64,000 nucleotides of DNA, taken from Trichoplax sp. H2. Taxonomy: Eukaryota. Of this stretch, positions 53,232 to 64,000 are shown piece after piece. Each line of letters begins with the position of its first letter. The stretch's first letter is position 1. The position numbers were made by a program, and so were the translations under genes. A model generated the notes under the pieces. It had not been told where the DNA came from. It searched no databases and worked only from the letters and a program-made list of their open reading frames with translations. The stretch spans positions 1-64,000 of the forward strand of contig NOWV01000135.1 in assembly GCA_003344405.1 (NCBI GenBank), written 5' to 3'.

Positions 53232-55903
53232 CAGAAAGTGATCAACTTAAGTGAATTATTTTATTGCCAAGCGTGGCGTTGTATCTATAAGATTGATCGA
53301 ATAATTTATTGAAATAGCGTTACACTAATTTGGATCGAATTATTTTCTCAAATTGCAATCCTATTATGATATGGGCAGTAGATAACGTTGAATCTTTTTA
53401 TTGGAAGTATATTGTATATCAAGGACATGTCCTTGGGTACATTTCCACATGATTAGCACTAGAGTAATTCTAGTGAAAAGATTAAGTTAAATAGAGTCCA
53501 CTGCACTGGTATCTTACTTTTTATATTAGCATTGATATTAATGGTCTTCTACTTCAGCTTTATCATATAAAATTACAGTGGAGTATAGTTCAATTAAAGC
53601 TAGTTGCATTCGATACGATATCTTGAATTATACTACTACTTTATAATCTTTTACAATAATTATTTTATCTGTATCCTTCATGTGATACCAGAAATCACTC
53701 AATATGAATAGAATTGTCCCTTTGCTTGGGCAATTTGATCCGTCATAGCTGTTTGACCGTTAGAAATTTGAAGTCTTTAAAGTTTAAACAAGTCCCAGCG
53801 ACTTATATTATCCATCTGCAATCGGCATTTTTTTATATTGTACTCGCATACTTTATGCGCCACCATAACTCCTGCTAAAAATATTTTTAAACTTAGTAAA
53901 CTATATGGCAGGATATTTCTGTTTTAATTTTGAGTTTAAAAGCAATCGATTTCATTTTTCAACGTCAGTCATGATAATTTATCTGCTATTGAATAGTATG
54001 AAAAGATGGTTCTATTTATCAGTCATTACATGCAAGGATAGCGATAATACCAATGTTTAAAAAATGTATTTCACGATATTTACGGATTTAACTGTATTTT
54101 CAATAGTAGAAATTTCACTATTATAGATTCTTTTGGTATAGCAATTTCCTATATGCTAATCTTGTTATTTATAGCTGATTGGACAAAATAATAGATGTTT
54201 TTGTTCGCCACTACCACATGAATTTATATCTGTCTGCTGTATTAATGTTGGAATAAATCAAATGTTCCTAAACGCCTTAAAAAAATGGAGCACATCCTAT
54301 ATCCTCTATGTATATACGCATATATTCAAATTGGAGTGTCCGCTTTTTGCCTAATACGTCTTCGCGATGGAAGAAATGGTTATGTAGGTTAAAATCCTGC
54401 ATACACACACACACATACATGCGTATAATCTACCGTATGAAAATTTAAAGTTTTGATTAGTTAAAATAAGAACAATTTCTTCACCATACGTGTTCGCAAA
54501 GGGAATAAATACTCAACTGTACATGTCATTGACATTATCCAACCTAGCACAAGTACATTAGCTATGTTGGATAGTATCAATTACACAAAAAGTAAACAGT
54601 ATTTCTCTCTCTCCTCATTTTCAACAATCAAGCTATTTTAGTTTACATAATACGGGTGAAAGTATCGTCTACCAGTGAATATTTAACCAACAAACTGAGA
54701 GATTGTTATTTATAGTTTGCAACGTAGGCACTGATAGGCGGCACAGCACACTTACCACCACTCTAACCTAATAATTCTAACACTTGGTTAGTGAGACCAT
54801 TATTGCATCCATTTCAAATGCAATCATATAACGAATATTTACATCGATTATACTTACGATTGACTGCCTGTTCTACGTGATATCGACTGATACGAATATC
54901 TAGCGAATTATTGTTATAGAGAAGCAGATACTGTAATCCATTTGATTTATGATTTGTAATCACGTGAAGGAGTGATAGATTCTCATGTAAGATATTCCTG
55001 TGGAGAAATAGCAATTCCTTGCGAGTAACTTTTGTACATCCTCATAATTGGCAAACAAAATCACATTGGCTAACACGTATGTTAACTACAGCATAGAACT
55101 GCTCCAATGTCTACGAGAATGATTGACCATATTTCTAATTTACCAGCATGATAGTAATGATTCGCTATTGCATAGATCCAGTCAGCGGGCATAATACAAC
55201 TGCAATTACTTTTGCGATGTTATTAGAGTAAGGAAATGTCTAATCTACTTACAATTTAGACGTATCGCCTGTGCAAGTGTGCATGTACTGTAAGTTGGAG
55301 GTAAATAATCTTTTGCCTAGATGACAACTTGATTACATCGTCGATAGGAAAGTTCATCCATATATCTGCAATTTTTGGCCTCCTTTTATTATAATACAGT
55401 ATCTACCTAAGATATTACAATGCTGTCCATTTGGAAAGGTTACCAGTAGCATATCGACCAGATAATAACAAATCATAAAGCTTACGCATATTGACTAAAC
55501 TCTATCGTATTCCACACACAGTACAGTAGTATAAATCTCTCTCTATCCCTACTGTACATGCGTCCAAAAAGACGAAATATTATTATGTACATCCATGAAG
55601 AAAGGTCTACTACGTCTTATAATGCATATCATTACTGCTACCTGTAGTAAATATTTTAACAACCATTCAAAGTAATAAGCAAAAAATAGAATGAAAAGGC
55701 ATTACTTGCGATCGGTACCATAGCAAAAGTGCTTGGGCAAAGTTAGAGTCATGGTTTGCATGCCCAATTGCCCATGTCTAGTATGCCAAATGTAAACATT
55801 CATTTGCTTATGATAGGAACAAGGTCCTTCCTTTACTTCCAAATGTGATACGTTGGCCTTTTTTGGATGCCATCGCACGGACTCTAGCAGGAGACTTGTA
55901 ACA

Positions 55904-56401
55904 CTATGGTATGCCAGCAGATGCTTCTAGCCTATCGACACGTTGGGATAGCAAAAGCAGTAGATGTTTCATCTTGAATAGATCGGAGCTGATCTTTTCC
56001 ATGTTGGTATCACTGGCTGTACTGACTGCAGAGACACTATTATCCGTGACATCGGTCTCTTGCTTGGATATAAACTGGCCTAAATGATAAATTTTCAATT
56101 TATTGAGTTTGAAAGCATATCTTGATTGAATTGGCGATTTTGACTGAAATGGTGATTGATATTTTCGACCTAAAACAGTGTTGCAATGATAGCAAGCTAA
56201 ACGTTGATAGGAGCAACCTTTGCGAGAGCCTCTCTTTAATGTCACTAACTTGGTGCCAACATCGACAGCATCGGTGACTGAATCGAGAGTAATAAATTCG
56301 ATGTCGTCGTTAGAATCGACAGCAGATAGAGTATCACCGACAATATTGAAGCAATTATTGCATTGGAGAACTGCTGGATTATCTTTCAATTCTTCCTCCA
56401 T
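55904..56401 (-). CDS. MIS18: Mis18 family (Yippee/Mis18 zinc-binding domain + C-terminal coiled coil), centromeric CENP-A loading factor
   Basis: PAVLQCNNCFNIVGDT ... GCSYQRLACYHCNTVLGRKY (two CxxC motifs, with the VGD and LG..Y Mis18 signatures), then Y.LG and a helical tail ISSDLFKMKHLLLLLSQRVDRLE. I cannot assign alpha vs beta. Confidence 0.88.
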   Translation of the reverse strand: MEEELKDNPAVLQCNNCFNIVGDTLSAVDSNDDIEFITLDSVTDAVDVGTKLVTLKRGSRKGCSYQRLACYHCNTVLGRKYQSPFQSKSPIQSRYAFKLNKLKIYHLGQFISKQETDVTDNSVSAVSTASDTNMEKISSDLFKMKHLLLLLSQRVDRLEASAGIP

Positions 56402-57129
56402 AATGTTAATTGACGATCTTGCACGAACCGGTGTAATATTGATTGCATCAACAAATTTGACAACAGGAAGATTGCACAGTCGAATAGAGACTTTTACAGA
56501 CCGATCATTGCTATTGACGCTATCCTACACCAAAAGTAATAGTATTTCCCTACGATAGCGTGATCATTCTTGCTAATAAGGTGTTGATAAAGCTGAAATA
56601 ATCAGCCTTTAACCAATTATTTTCTTGATTTAGAAGTTGAAAGTGCTGCTAGCAGTGGTGGAATAGTCGCAGTCAACTGATTTGGGCACCTTATTGTATA
56701 CTTTAATATCAGTTTTTGACTACTACGGCACTTTGCCGGACGGACAGGATAGACTGAATACGATGCTGTATACTGTACGATACAGTGCATTTTATTATAT
56801 ACTTCTGTAGGCGTAGTCAAAAATGTCCAACGACTAGTAAGTAAAGACTTGATGTCCGCTGATTATTTATTTATTTTTTTCCAGCTATTTATCCACTTGA
56901 ATTTCTTCTACTACTACTGCAAGTGGATTTTCTTTCCTCTAGTAGTCATTAAGTTGTTGTGTAGTCCTGCTGCATGTAAGAATGATCCCTTCGAGGTCTT
57001 ACTTGAGCAATGTAGAAGAATAATTGACACTCAAATTGAGTAGTGTTGGTGCATGAGAAGACTGTTGTTAGCCATGACTGCCTTCACCATGGCAGCGTAG
57101 TGTTACAAGATGGATAACTTACTTTGCAA

Positions 57130-57800
57130 GTTGCAACGCGTTAGTAGATGGCATTTTTTAATTACGTTTATAGCCCCTTGTACTATAAAGGCATGCAATA
57201 CAGCTCCTTTTAGATATTCATAATTTGCTAGAACAATTGCAGCATTCCTATGATGTTGATGGTCTATGTTGCAGAGCTCATCAACGAATATTGCAACGCG
57301 CTAGCACAAGAATTGGCGAGAAACATACAATTTGAACATTTTTTTATTGCGTTTATAGCCCCCTTCTAGTATTCTGACGTGTAATCGAGCTCATTTTTTT
57401 TAAACATCCATCATTGGCTACAACAATGTTAGTTAGCATTACTACTGTGTTGATGGACCATTTTGCTGCACAGCATAGCTCATGCAGGCGTTAATGCCTG
57501 CTAGCTGTTACATGAATCCATCATAACACGTAATTTGTGAACTTTTGCGATTGCCTACATGATCCCTTTCTACGATGCAGGTATACAGCACAGTATTGTG
57601 GAGCTCATTGAAGATATTTATCCTTCAGTAGGACACAATTCTAGCATTGATATCATGTTGGGCGTCCATTCGCCTGTGCTAGATCTCTTTCTCGTAGTCC
57701 TTGCGTTGGTCCATGAGCTAGCATTGCAACGCGTTGATAGTAAAGAATTACACTGGAATAAATATGTAGGCATGGAGATAGCTCATTTTTATATAATTAT
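57130..57800. repeat. Degenerate non-coding repeats (2 clear plus partial copies)
   Basis: ttgcaacgcg occurs at ~57132, ~57291 and ~57724. cgtttatagcccc, agctc, acaat..agcatt..tgttgatgg and agctcat recur in the same order. Confidence 0.6.
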
Positions 57801-58764
57801 TTATTATATAATTCATTATAACAATTTAGCCTTTTTTATTGGATTAATGGTCCACTCTTAATGGCTTAAGGCTTGCTCATGCAGCATAACGGATTGGGTT
57901 GCTGATAGCTTCTAGCAGATGTGAAGCCCTGTTTGCTGCAAAAGCACTATCGATAACCCTGGCCCCTAAAGTTTTGGACATGTCCAAAGGTTGTAGATGA
58001 AAGGTTTATTACCTTTAGGCTACAACTGACAGAGGGTAAATGCCAATCCAATAGCTCAGTACTTGAGTATTAAGGAAGAGTAATTAATCTATCAAAAAGA
58101 AGTCCAATGAATAATGTACGAACGGTAAAAGTTCGAAATTTGATGAAGTCATTACCTTCATGTACATCATCATCCTACAAAGTCTACGAAAGCCAATCCA
58201 ATGATAAAAGTTTGAATGAGTAAAAGTACTGTCCAAAGTAATACTCAAGATAGTCGCTAGCGCCACTAGTAAAATCCTAAATGACAGTACTGGATTATCA
58301 AGATGTCATTTAACTTGGGCTCCATTGGATGGACTACAAGTGTTATTTGTACCACAAAAAAAAACTTTTCGGTATAGGAGCTATCCCGTGGAATTGATGC
58401 ATTTTGTCATGAGGAAGAATGTCGACTTTTATTACAGTCACGCACATTTTATAGACGAAAGTCACATCATGGCAGGTACCATTTCCACTACATAGAATAA
58501 TGCACGTATCAATAAAGGCAATGAATGACTAACATTTAAAAAATAGGGGAAAATGATTTCCATTTTATGGAAGAAAATGATATCATGTCATAGCTCCATT
58601 TTCCATTGCATAAGATGATATCAATAAGGGTAATAATTACTCAGAATTCCAAATAATTCAGGCATTGGCCAACTTTGACTTTGTCTATAGTTCTACGCTG
58701 TAATTTATCGTCAAACTCTCATATTGGCCAGTAGCTGAATTCGACAGTACAGTAGCGATGAATT

Positions 58765-59085
58765 TTATCCATTTTATTGTAACAACCAATGTCCATTCTC
58801 ATATTGCCTAGTACCTGAATTCGATAGGAGTTCAGTAAAGATATAGTTTAGCTGATAGAAAGCGTTGTTTGAGTCATCAAAATTTGGCAGTTTGGCAACC
58901 ATTCCATGAATTATATCCATTTCATTGTAACAACCAATGTCCGCTCCCATAAGAGCCAGTGCCTGAATTCGACGCTAGTTCAGTAAAGATATAATCTAAC
59001 TGACAGGAAGCGTTGTTTAAGCCATTAAAGTTTGGCAGTCTAGCAGCCATTCCATGAATATTATCCATTTCATTATGACAACAAA
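58765..59085. repeat. Non-coding tandem repeat, 148-bp period, ~2.2 copies
   Basis: tatccattt.att(g/a)t(a/g)acaac occurs at ~58766, ~58914 and ~59062. cctgaattcga, agttcagtaaagatata, aagcgttgttt and ccattccatgaat are duplicated. Confidence 0.85.
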
Positions 59086-59825
59086 TATTCATATTAACCA
59101 GTCATTCAAATTTTTAAAATGAAAGTTACACTCTAGACAGTAGTAACATTTTCCACTGCGTATCTTCTATACTCTGTGAATACAATATCGGCCATCTCAG
59201 AAGTTACCAATCCGCCGAAACAGATGTAATCTCGATCCATTTCTTTCAGCTAGTCCTTGCTTCATCATGCTCATTCTAACTACACTGTTGTAGCTGAAAG
59301 ATTGTTCTATCCTTCCCTGTTTAACGTTGCATCTTGAATAACTACGTTGCTATCAAAGAGCAGAGGCAGCTTTCCCAAAACATCGTGGCCTTCTGTGGTT
59401 GGTTGGGTCAAATAATGACAGTAATTAATGAACTAATTAATTCATTCAAAAGTCTTTTTTATTTCCGCAAGCTTTTATACCAGCTTATATTGGCTTAACA
59501 CAATTTCCACTGGTATACTAGATGGTGTATTGTACCCGTAGTCTATAGTAGTTCATATACCATCTTCTCCATATTTAACGGCATAACCAGTTAGCAATTT
59601 TTTGACTCTACTGTACACTGGCTCTCTTCAACTTTCACCATTAATTTTTAATCGTATTGTATGAGATGATCAATTACAACAACTAAACAAAAAGTATCCA
59701 CAACTGTGCAGTATACTACATTGATATCAGAATCGGAAGAGTTTCTCTTTTACCAGCTAATTTTAAATTTGCAACTTTCCATCTTCATTTATCGTCCATA
59801 ATTCAATCCATTCAAAAAGAAAAGC

Positions 59826-61715
59826 ATGAATGCAATCCATTGGACTGCGTTAATCATCTTCATTTCATATCTGACATTTACTACAGCGTTTGGCCAACTA
59901 GAAGGTAACATGCTACGGATGCTTTCTACTGTCAGAGACCGTCAAAATGTTGTATCTATTATAGCTTTCATACGTACTATATCGGACAACATCGCAGGCA
60001 AACTGATAATCCTGACTAGTCTAGACCATTCCTTCTCCATACAGATCGTTGTTGCTGCATTTCGGAGAGAACGCATTTTTATAGCTGTGCATCGTTTCCT
60101 ACAGTTGCTGCATTACTTTCTAGGGGTTCTTGTTTGTCATGAATAAATGCATTAAAGCATCCAACCCTGATCGTTACTGACATCCTACTACGCCTGCTTT
60201 CTACTTCGAATTACTTGGCTTACCATCGTTGTAAATCAATCATCTATAGTAACAGCACACCAAGAAAGTTAACTTGTCTAATCTTCAATATCTATTTATC
60301 ACCTATTAGTAGGGGCTAGTCCATCATCATGATCATTTCATTCTGTACAATAACAAGAAAGTTGAAATATCTTTGCTGTATAAGTAGTATACAACAGTAC
60401 AAAGAATGGAACTCAACGACTGTATTATTCTCTTTTCTAGGTACAAAATTATATTGTGATGGATGTAAAGCGACGGTTAAAGGTAAATGAATTTAAAAGA
60501 CTAAATCTAAAAATAAGATCCTGTTACTGTAGCATTAATTACTAAAAAGATTTGAACTTGGTTATCGATCGTAGTACTCGTAGATAATTCAGATCAAATA
60601 AATAAGAAATGGTAATCTTTAAAAGACACCACAGATGCCCATCGAATGTACTTGAATAGTATTCAATTACTTTCTTGGATCCAGTACAGCCTATATAGTA
60701 TATGTACTCATAGGAATGCATACTATACATTTATTTGCGATTCTTGCAACATGAAGGCAAATTTGTTTACCATGTTCTTACGAACACGGCTACCACATCA
60801 TTTTAAAATAGGATTACATGCTGTCATACTTGTGTAAGTTATGGTTCTCAATACAAAATAGAGTGGCCCAATTTCATTGTTTCTCGTTGTCTGTAGTATT
60901 AATGCAGTTAGCTTTTTTCAATGTTGTTATATCGATTCATCGATATTGCATTATTTATTGTTTACTTTTCGTACGATTTAGAAATGATGGCGGTTATCCA
61001 TAAAAGAAAAATGTCCGAACCACTGGATGTGGCTGTGGTAGAAGCCTTTGAAGTATGTTCATCTGTTGACCTATTTAGGAAATACGAGTATCCACCACCT
61101 GATAACTTAAAAGTCTGTAATCACCTTCTCGGTAAGTGGTTAGCATTTCCATTTATCAAATTTAAAGAGTATTAGCGATAGATGATAAAGGATAGGTTAT
61201 GGATGAGGGAACAGAATGAGAACTGGCTCTTACAGTAGGACGTTAGGAACAATACCTTACTTTCAAAAATACAGTAATCCTTTAAAATTTTAGTCATTCT
61301 TCTGCACTTCTTATATTCTTGTTTAGTATCATAAACTCAATGTTCTAGCATAGATTGTAGATTGGATTCTCAAAAATTAGTTTAGATCGTAATCTTGATT
61401 TTTATTGATAGATACATTATGTACGTACAGTACATGGCTGCTTAAACTTAAAATCCAATAATTAATTTCTATTAATTATTAGTTGGCTAGAAGGATAGAA
61501 AAGAATTAAATAACTAATACATGGATTTTTATTGCTGTCACCTTTATATCCTAGACAAATATGAGGAAGAAATCGAAATGCTATTAATGAAGAAAGTTGA
61601 GGATCCTGAACAAAAGATTTGCTTCGAACTTTCTAAAGCCTGCGGTGGAAATACTACTGGCAAGGACTCAAAATTAACCAGTGAAAAAAACAATGAAAAT
61701 AAAGATGAATTATAA
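59826..61715 (+). CDS. ER-resident saposin-B-fold protein (Canopy/CNPY-like), 143 aa, signal peptide + C-terminal KDEL
   Basis: Four phase-1-linked exons 59826-59904, 60441-60482, 60982-61131 and 61555-61715 give MNAIHWTALIIFISYLTFTTAFG-QLEGTKLYCDGCKATVKEM...EVCSS...YEYPPPDNLKVCNHLLDKYEEEIE...EQKICFELSKAC...NKDEL*. The six Cys follow saposin spacing. Confidence 0.88.
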
Positions 61716-63327
61716 TTTTCTAGGCCTTAAAACAAATTTTTAAGATATCGATGATTGTACAGCATTACTTTTAGTTTCTTGTTTAATGTTTACGGCCTGT
61801 GTTATAACTTATAAGCATAGTTAATCTCCATTTAATTTAATAATATTATCTTGGTTTAAAGCGTTTCCTTTTTCGGTCTATTAAAGATAAAGTTATGCTT
61901 TACTGTAGTGAGATTATGTAGATGCATATGTGCCTGTGTTTATATCTCGATTCTTTTCTGCGTAGACTATTAGCGAAAATATTGCTATAATAGTACCTTA
62001 GCTATTAGCAATCTACTTACGAAGAGTATAATGGATCCACTGGTAACAATAGCGACACAAATGCTACAAATTTATCAGATTAGCAAGAGGCTAACGTTCC
62101 TTACCTTAGTCTGATCATTAATCTTCTAAATTTATTTCCTAGGTGTATCCTATCTATTTCTACTATCCACTACACTATATGAAGAGTTCTTTCAATACTA
62201 TTTATTATTTAACATCGCATGTATTAATATTGTTAATAAATACACAACACATAATATTTAAGGTAGTAATTTACAAGATGTCATAAGACAATGTATGTTC
62301 TTAAACAATTTAAAGTTGCTAAATGCCATGTTGCTGTCAATAAGACATTAACTCAGTTGTAGTTAAGAAAGTCTTAACAATACTGTGCAACTGTGAGCTT
62401 AAATCAATGTTAAAGGGCAGCAAAACTGATAAACACTCCTAACATAGCTTCAACTAATTAACGATCTCATTTCACTTACGAATTAATTTCAAGATAAACC
62501 AGATCAATATTACAATGTTAGAAAAGTGCAGATACGGGATTACATGGCTATGCTTTACTAAAATGCGTATAGGAGAAATAGTTGATTCACAATCACAATA
62601 GCTAATGTTGTGGAGAGGGGGTACTAATAGTCACATAAAAATACGTACAAGGGCTTTTTGTTGCGTAAAAAGTATATCAGACTGTAAATAAATAATAAAC
62701 TATAAAGATTAGTGCACTCCCGTAAGTCCAAGGTTTCTACGGTGAGATCGTTATTGAAACTTAAACTTATCCGGCAATGCATTATTAACAATGTCATAAA
62801 ACTTACCTTATTTGTGCTGAACTGTACATGTAACTTATCACATCAGCCTCGAAACACTAATCTAAGCTAATCATCAATTTTACTCCGATCAATATACGTA
62901 TCGTCACTGGACGTTTCGAAATCTATCATCTTTGAAGCGTACTAACAAATAAATAAGAGACGTGCCACTATCAGAAACAAGGCTGGTGCATAATTATCCT
63001 AACTAAACAACTTTGTACAATTTCAAAATTGATGTTCTTAAAACAACTTCAGTAACTCGGTTAAATCAATTCGAAGTCCAAATAAACAGTATTTTAGATC
63101 AAATTTTATTTTGCATCAGGTATTTACTTTTACAATTTCATCTACACTTAAGAAAATACCATAATAGTAAAATGTTCGTGTACATTATGATTCATTTGAA
63201 GAAGTCAAAAAAAATTTGTCATTTTTACCTTTTATAATATTAATAAAGGAAATTGATATAATAATAATAAAGAAATTAAACAAGACTATCGACCACATTT
63301 ACGGTCAAACATCAAAAAAGAAATTGT

Positions 63328-64000
63328 TTATGCATAATTTTCTTCAATTACTCGAATATCATCGATCTTCAATATCATTCGTACCAGCTGAGTAGCCAAA
63401 CTAATTTGTTTCTTTTTTGCAAGCAATGTTTCTATAACATGTTGCTTTTTCATATCTATAAAAAGATATATAAGTTATGCTGCATTAGATGGCTGTAACG
63501 TTTTTGCAGGATAATCAATTAAAGGAACTAACATACAAGCGGACATGTAGACGTAAAGGGATTAGGTGATAAAGTTACAAGAATAGCTTGTCCGACTTAT
63601 GAAGAAAAGAAATGCTTTGTACAGTACTATACACCTAACGTACCGTTGGTGCTGTTTCGCATACAATCGATTCCAAGATAAGGATTTTTCTCAGACACCT
63701 GCCTCGATTTTACTTCAGCAAGATTCATAATCGGATGTAAACCGGAATTTTCAGCTAAAGCCATTGGAATGGCTTCTAAAGCATCGGCGAAACCTCTCAT
63801 AGCATACTGTTCTATCGTTGATATCTACAAGTGTGTAACAAAGATAAAGTACAAGTTAAGTCATAATGCACTACCGCAAGTAATCCTTTCTGTAATTTAT
63901 AATTATTATCACTAAAAGACTATAGCGCGAGTATATCTAATTGTAGCTCCTTCTTCAATATTACCTTTTCTGCTTCGTTACTAACGGCAATAGCACAAGA
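63328..64000 (-). CDS. CCT5: T-complex protein 1 subunit epsilon, last three exons (5' part outside the window)
   Basis: Exons 64000-63965 ([12 protein letters not shown]), 63824-63644 ([28 protein letters not shown]...NPYLGIDC) and 63455-63328 ([35 protein letters not shown]...YA*) match the CCT5 C-terminus as I recall it. This gene is absent from the supplied ORF track. Confidence 0.96.

Noticed and set aside
54534-54584. Imperfect hairpin tatccaac.tagc...gcta.gttggata
   Set aside because: A short isolated stem that could arise by chance, with no other support for an RNA gene.
56220-56558. 112-aa plus-strand ORF
   Set aside because: It is the antisense shadow of the Mis18 ORF.
58765-59085. 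148-bp repeat as a coding repeat on the minus strand
   Set aside because: The period is not a multiple of 3 and stops interrupt the frame between copies.
59905-60146. Remainder of the 106-aa ORF 59826-60146
   Set aside because: Only the first 79 nt are exon 1 of the saposin-like gene. The rest is intron read-through past the gtaaca donor.

Overview
AT-rich eukaryotic DNA with many short GT-AG introns. The compact, intron-dense style suggests an early-branching animal such as a placozoan, but that is inference only. I assembled six genes by hand from splice sites and reading phase. (A) 1-15902 (+, 5' end outside the window) and (B) 20631-45190 (+) are tandem paralogous giant type-I membrane mucin-like proteins: S/T-rich tandem-repeat region, 15 or 13 EGF domains, NIDO-AMOP-VWD with GDPH, an Ig-like module, 10 EGF, SEA (GS-I-V/L), 3 EGF, a TM helix and a short tail. 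(C) ~48892-53231 (+) is a small membrane protein with an S/T stalk, one EGF, a TM helix and an NPxY tail. (D) A Mis18/Yippee-family gene lies at 55904-56401 (-). (E) A secretory-pathway saposin-B/Canopy-like protein ending in KDEL lies at 59826-61715 (+). (F) The 3' end of chaperonin CCT5 lies at 63328-64000 (-). The most striking signal is the A/B/C surface-protein cluster. A and B join the MUC4-type GDPH cassette and a MUC1-type SEA cleavage motif in one chain, carry unusual Trp/Tyr/Arg-rich loops, and are expanding by phase-symmetric exon+intron tandem duplication. I found no RNA genes, CRISPR arrays or intact transposases.
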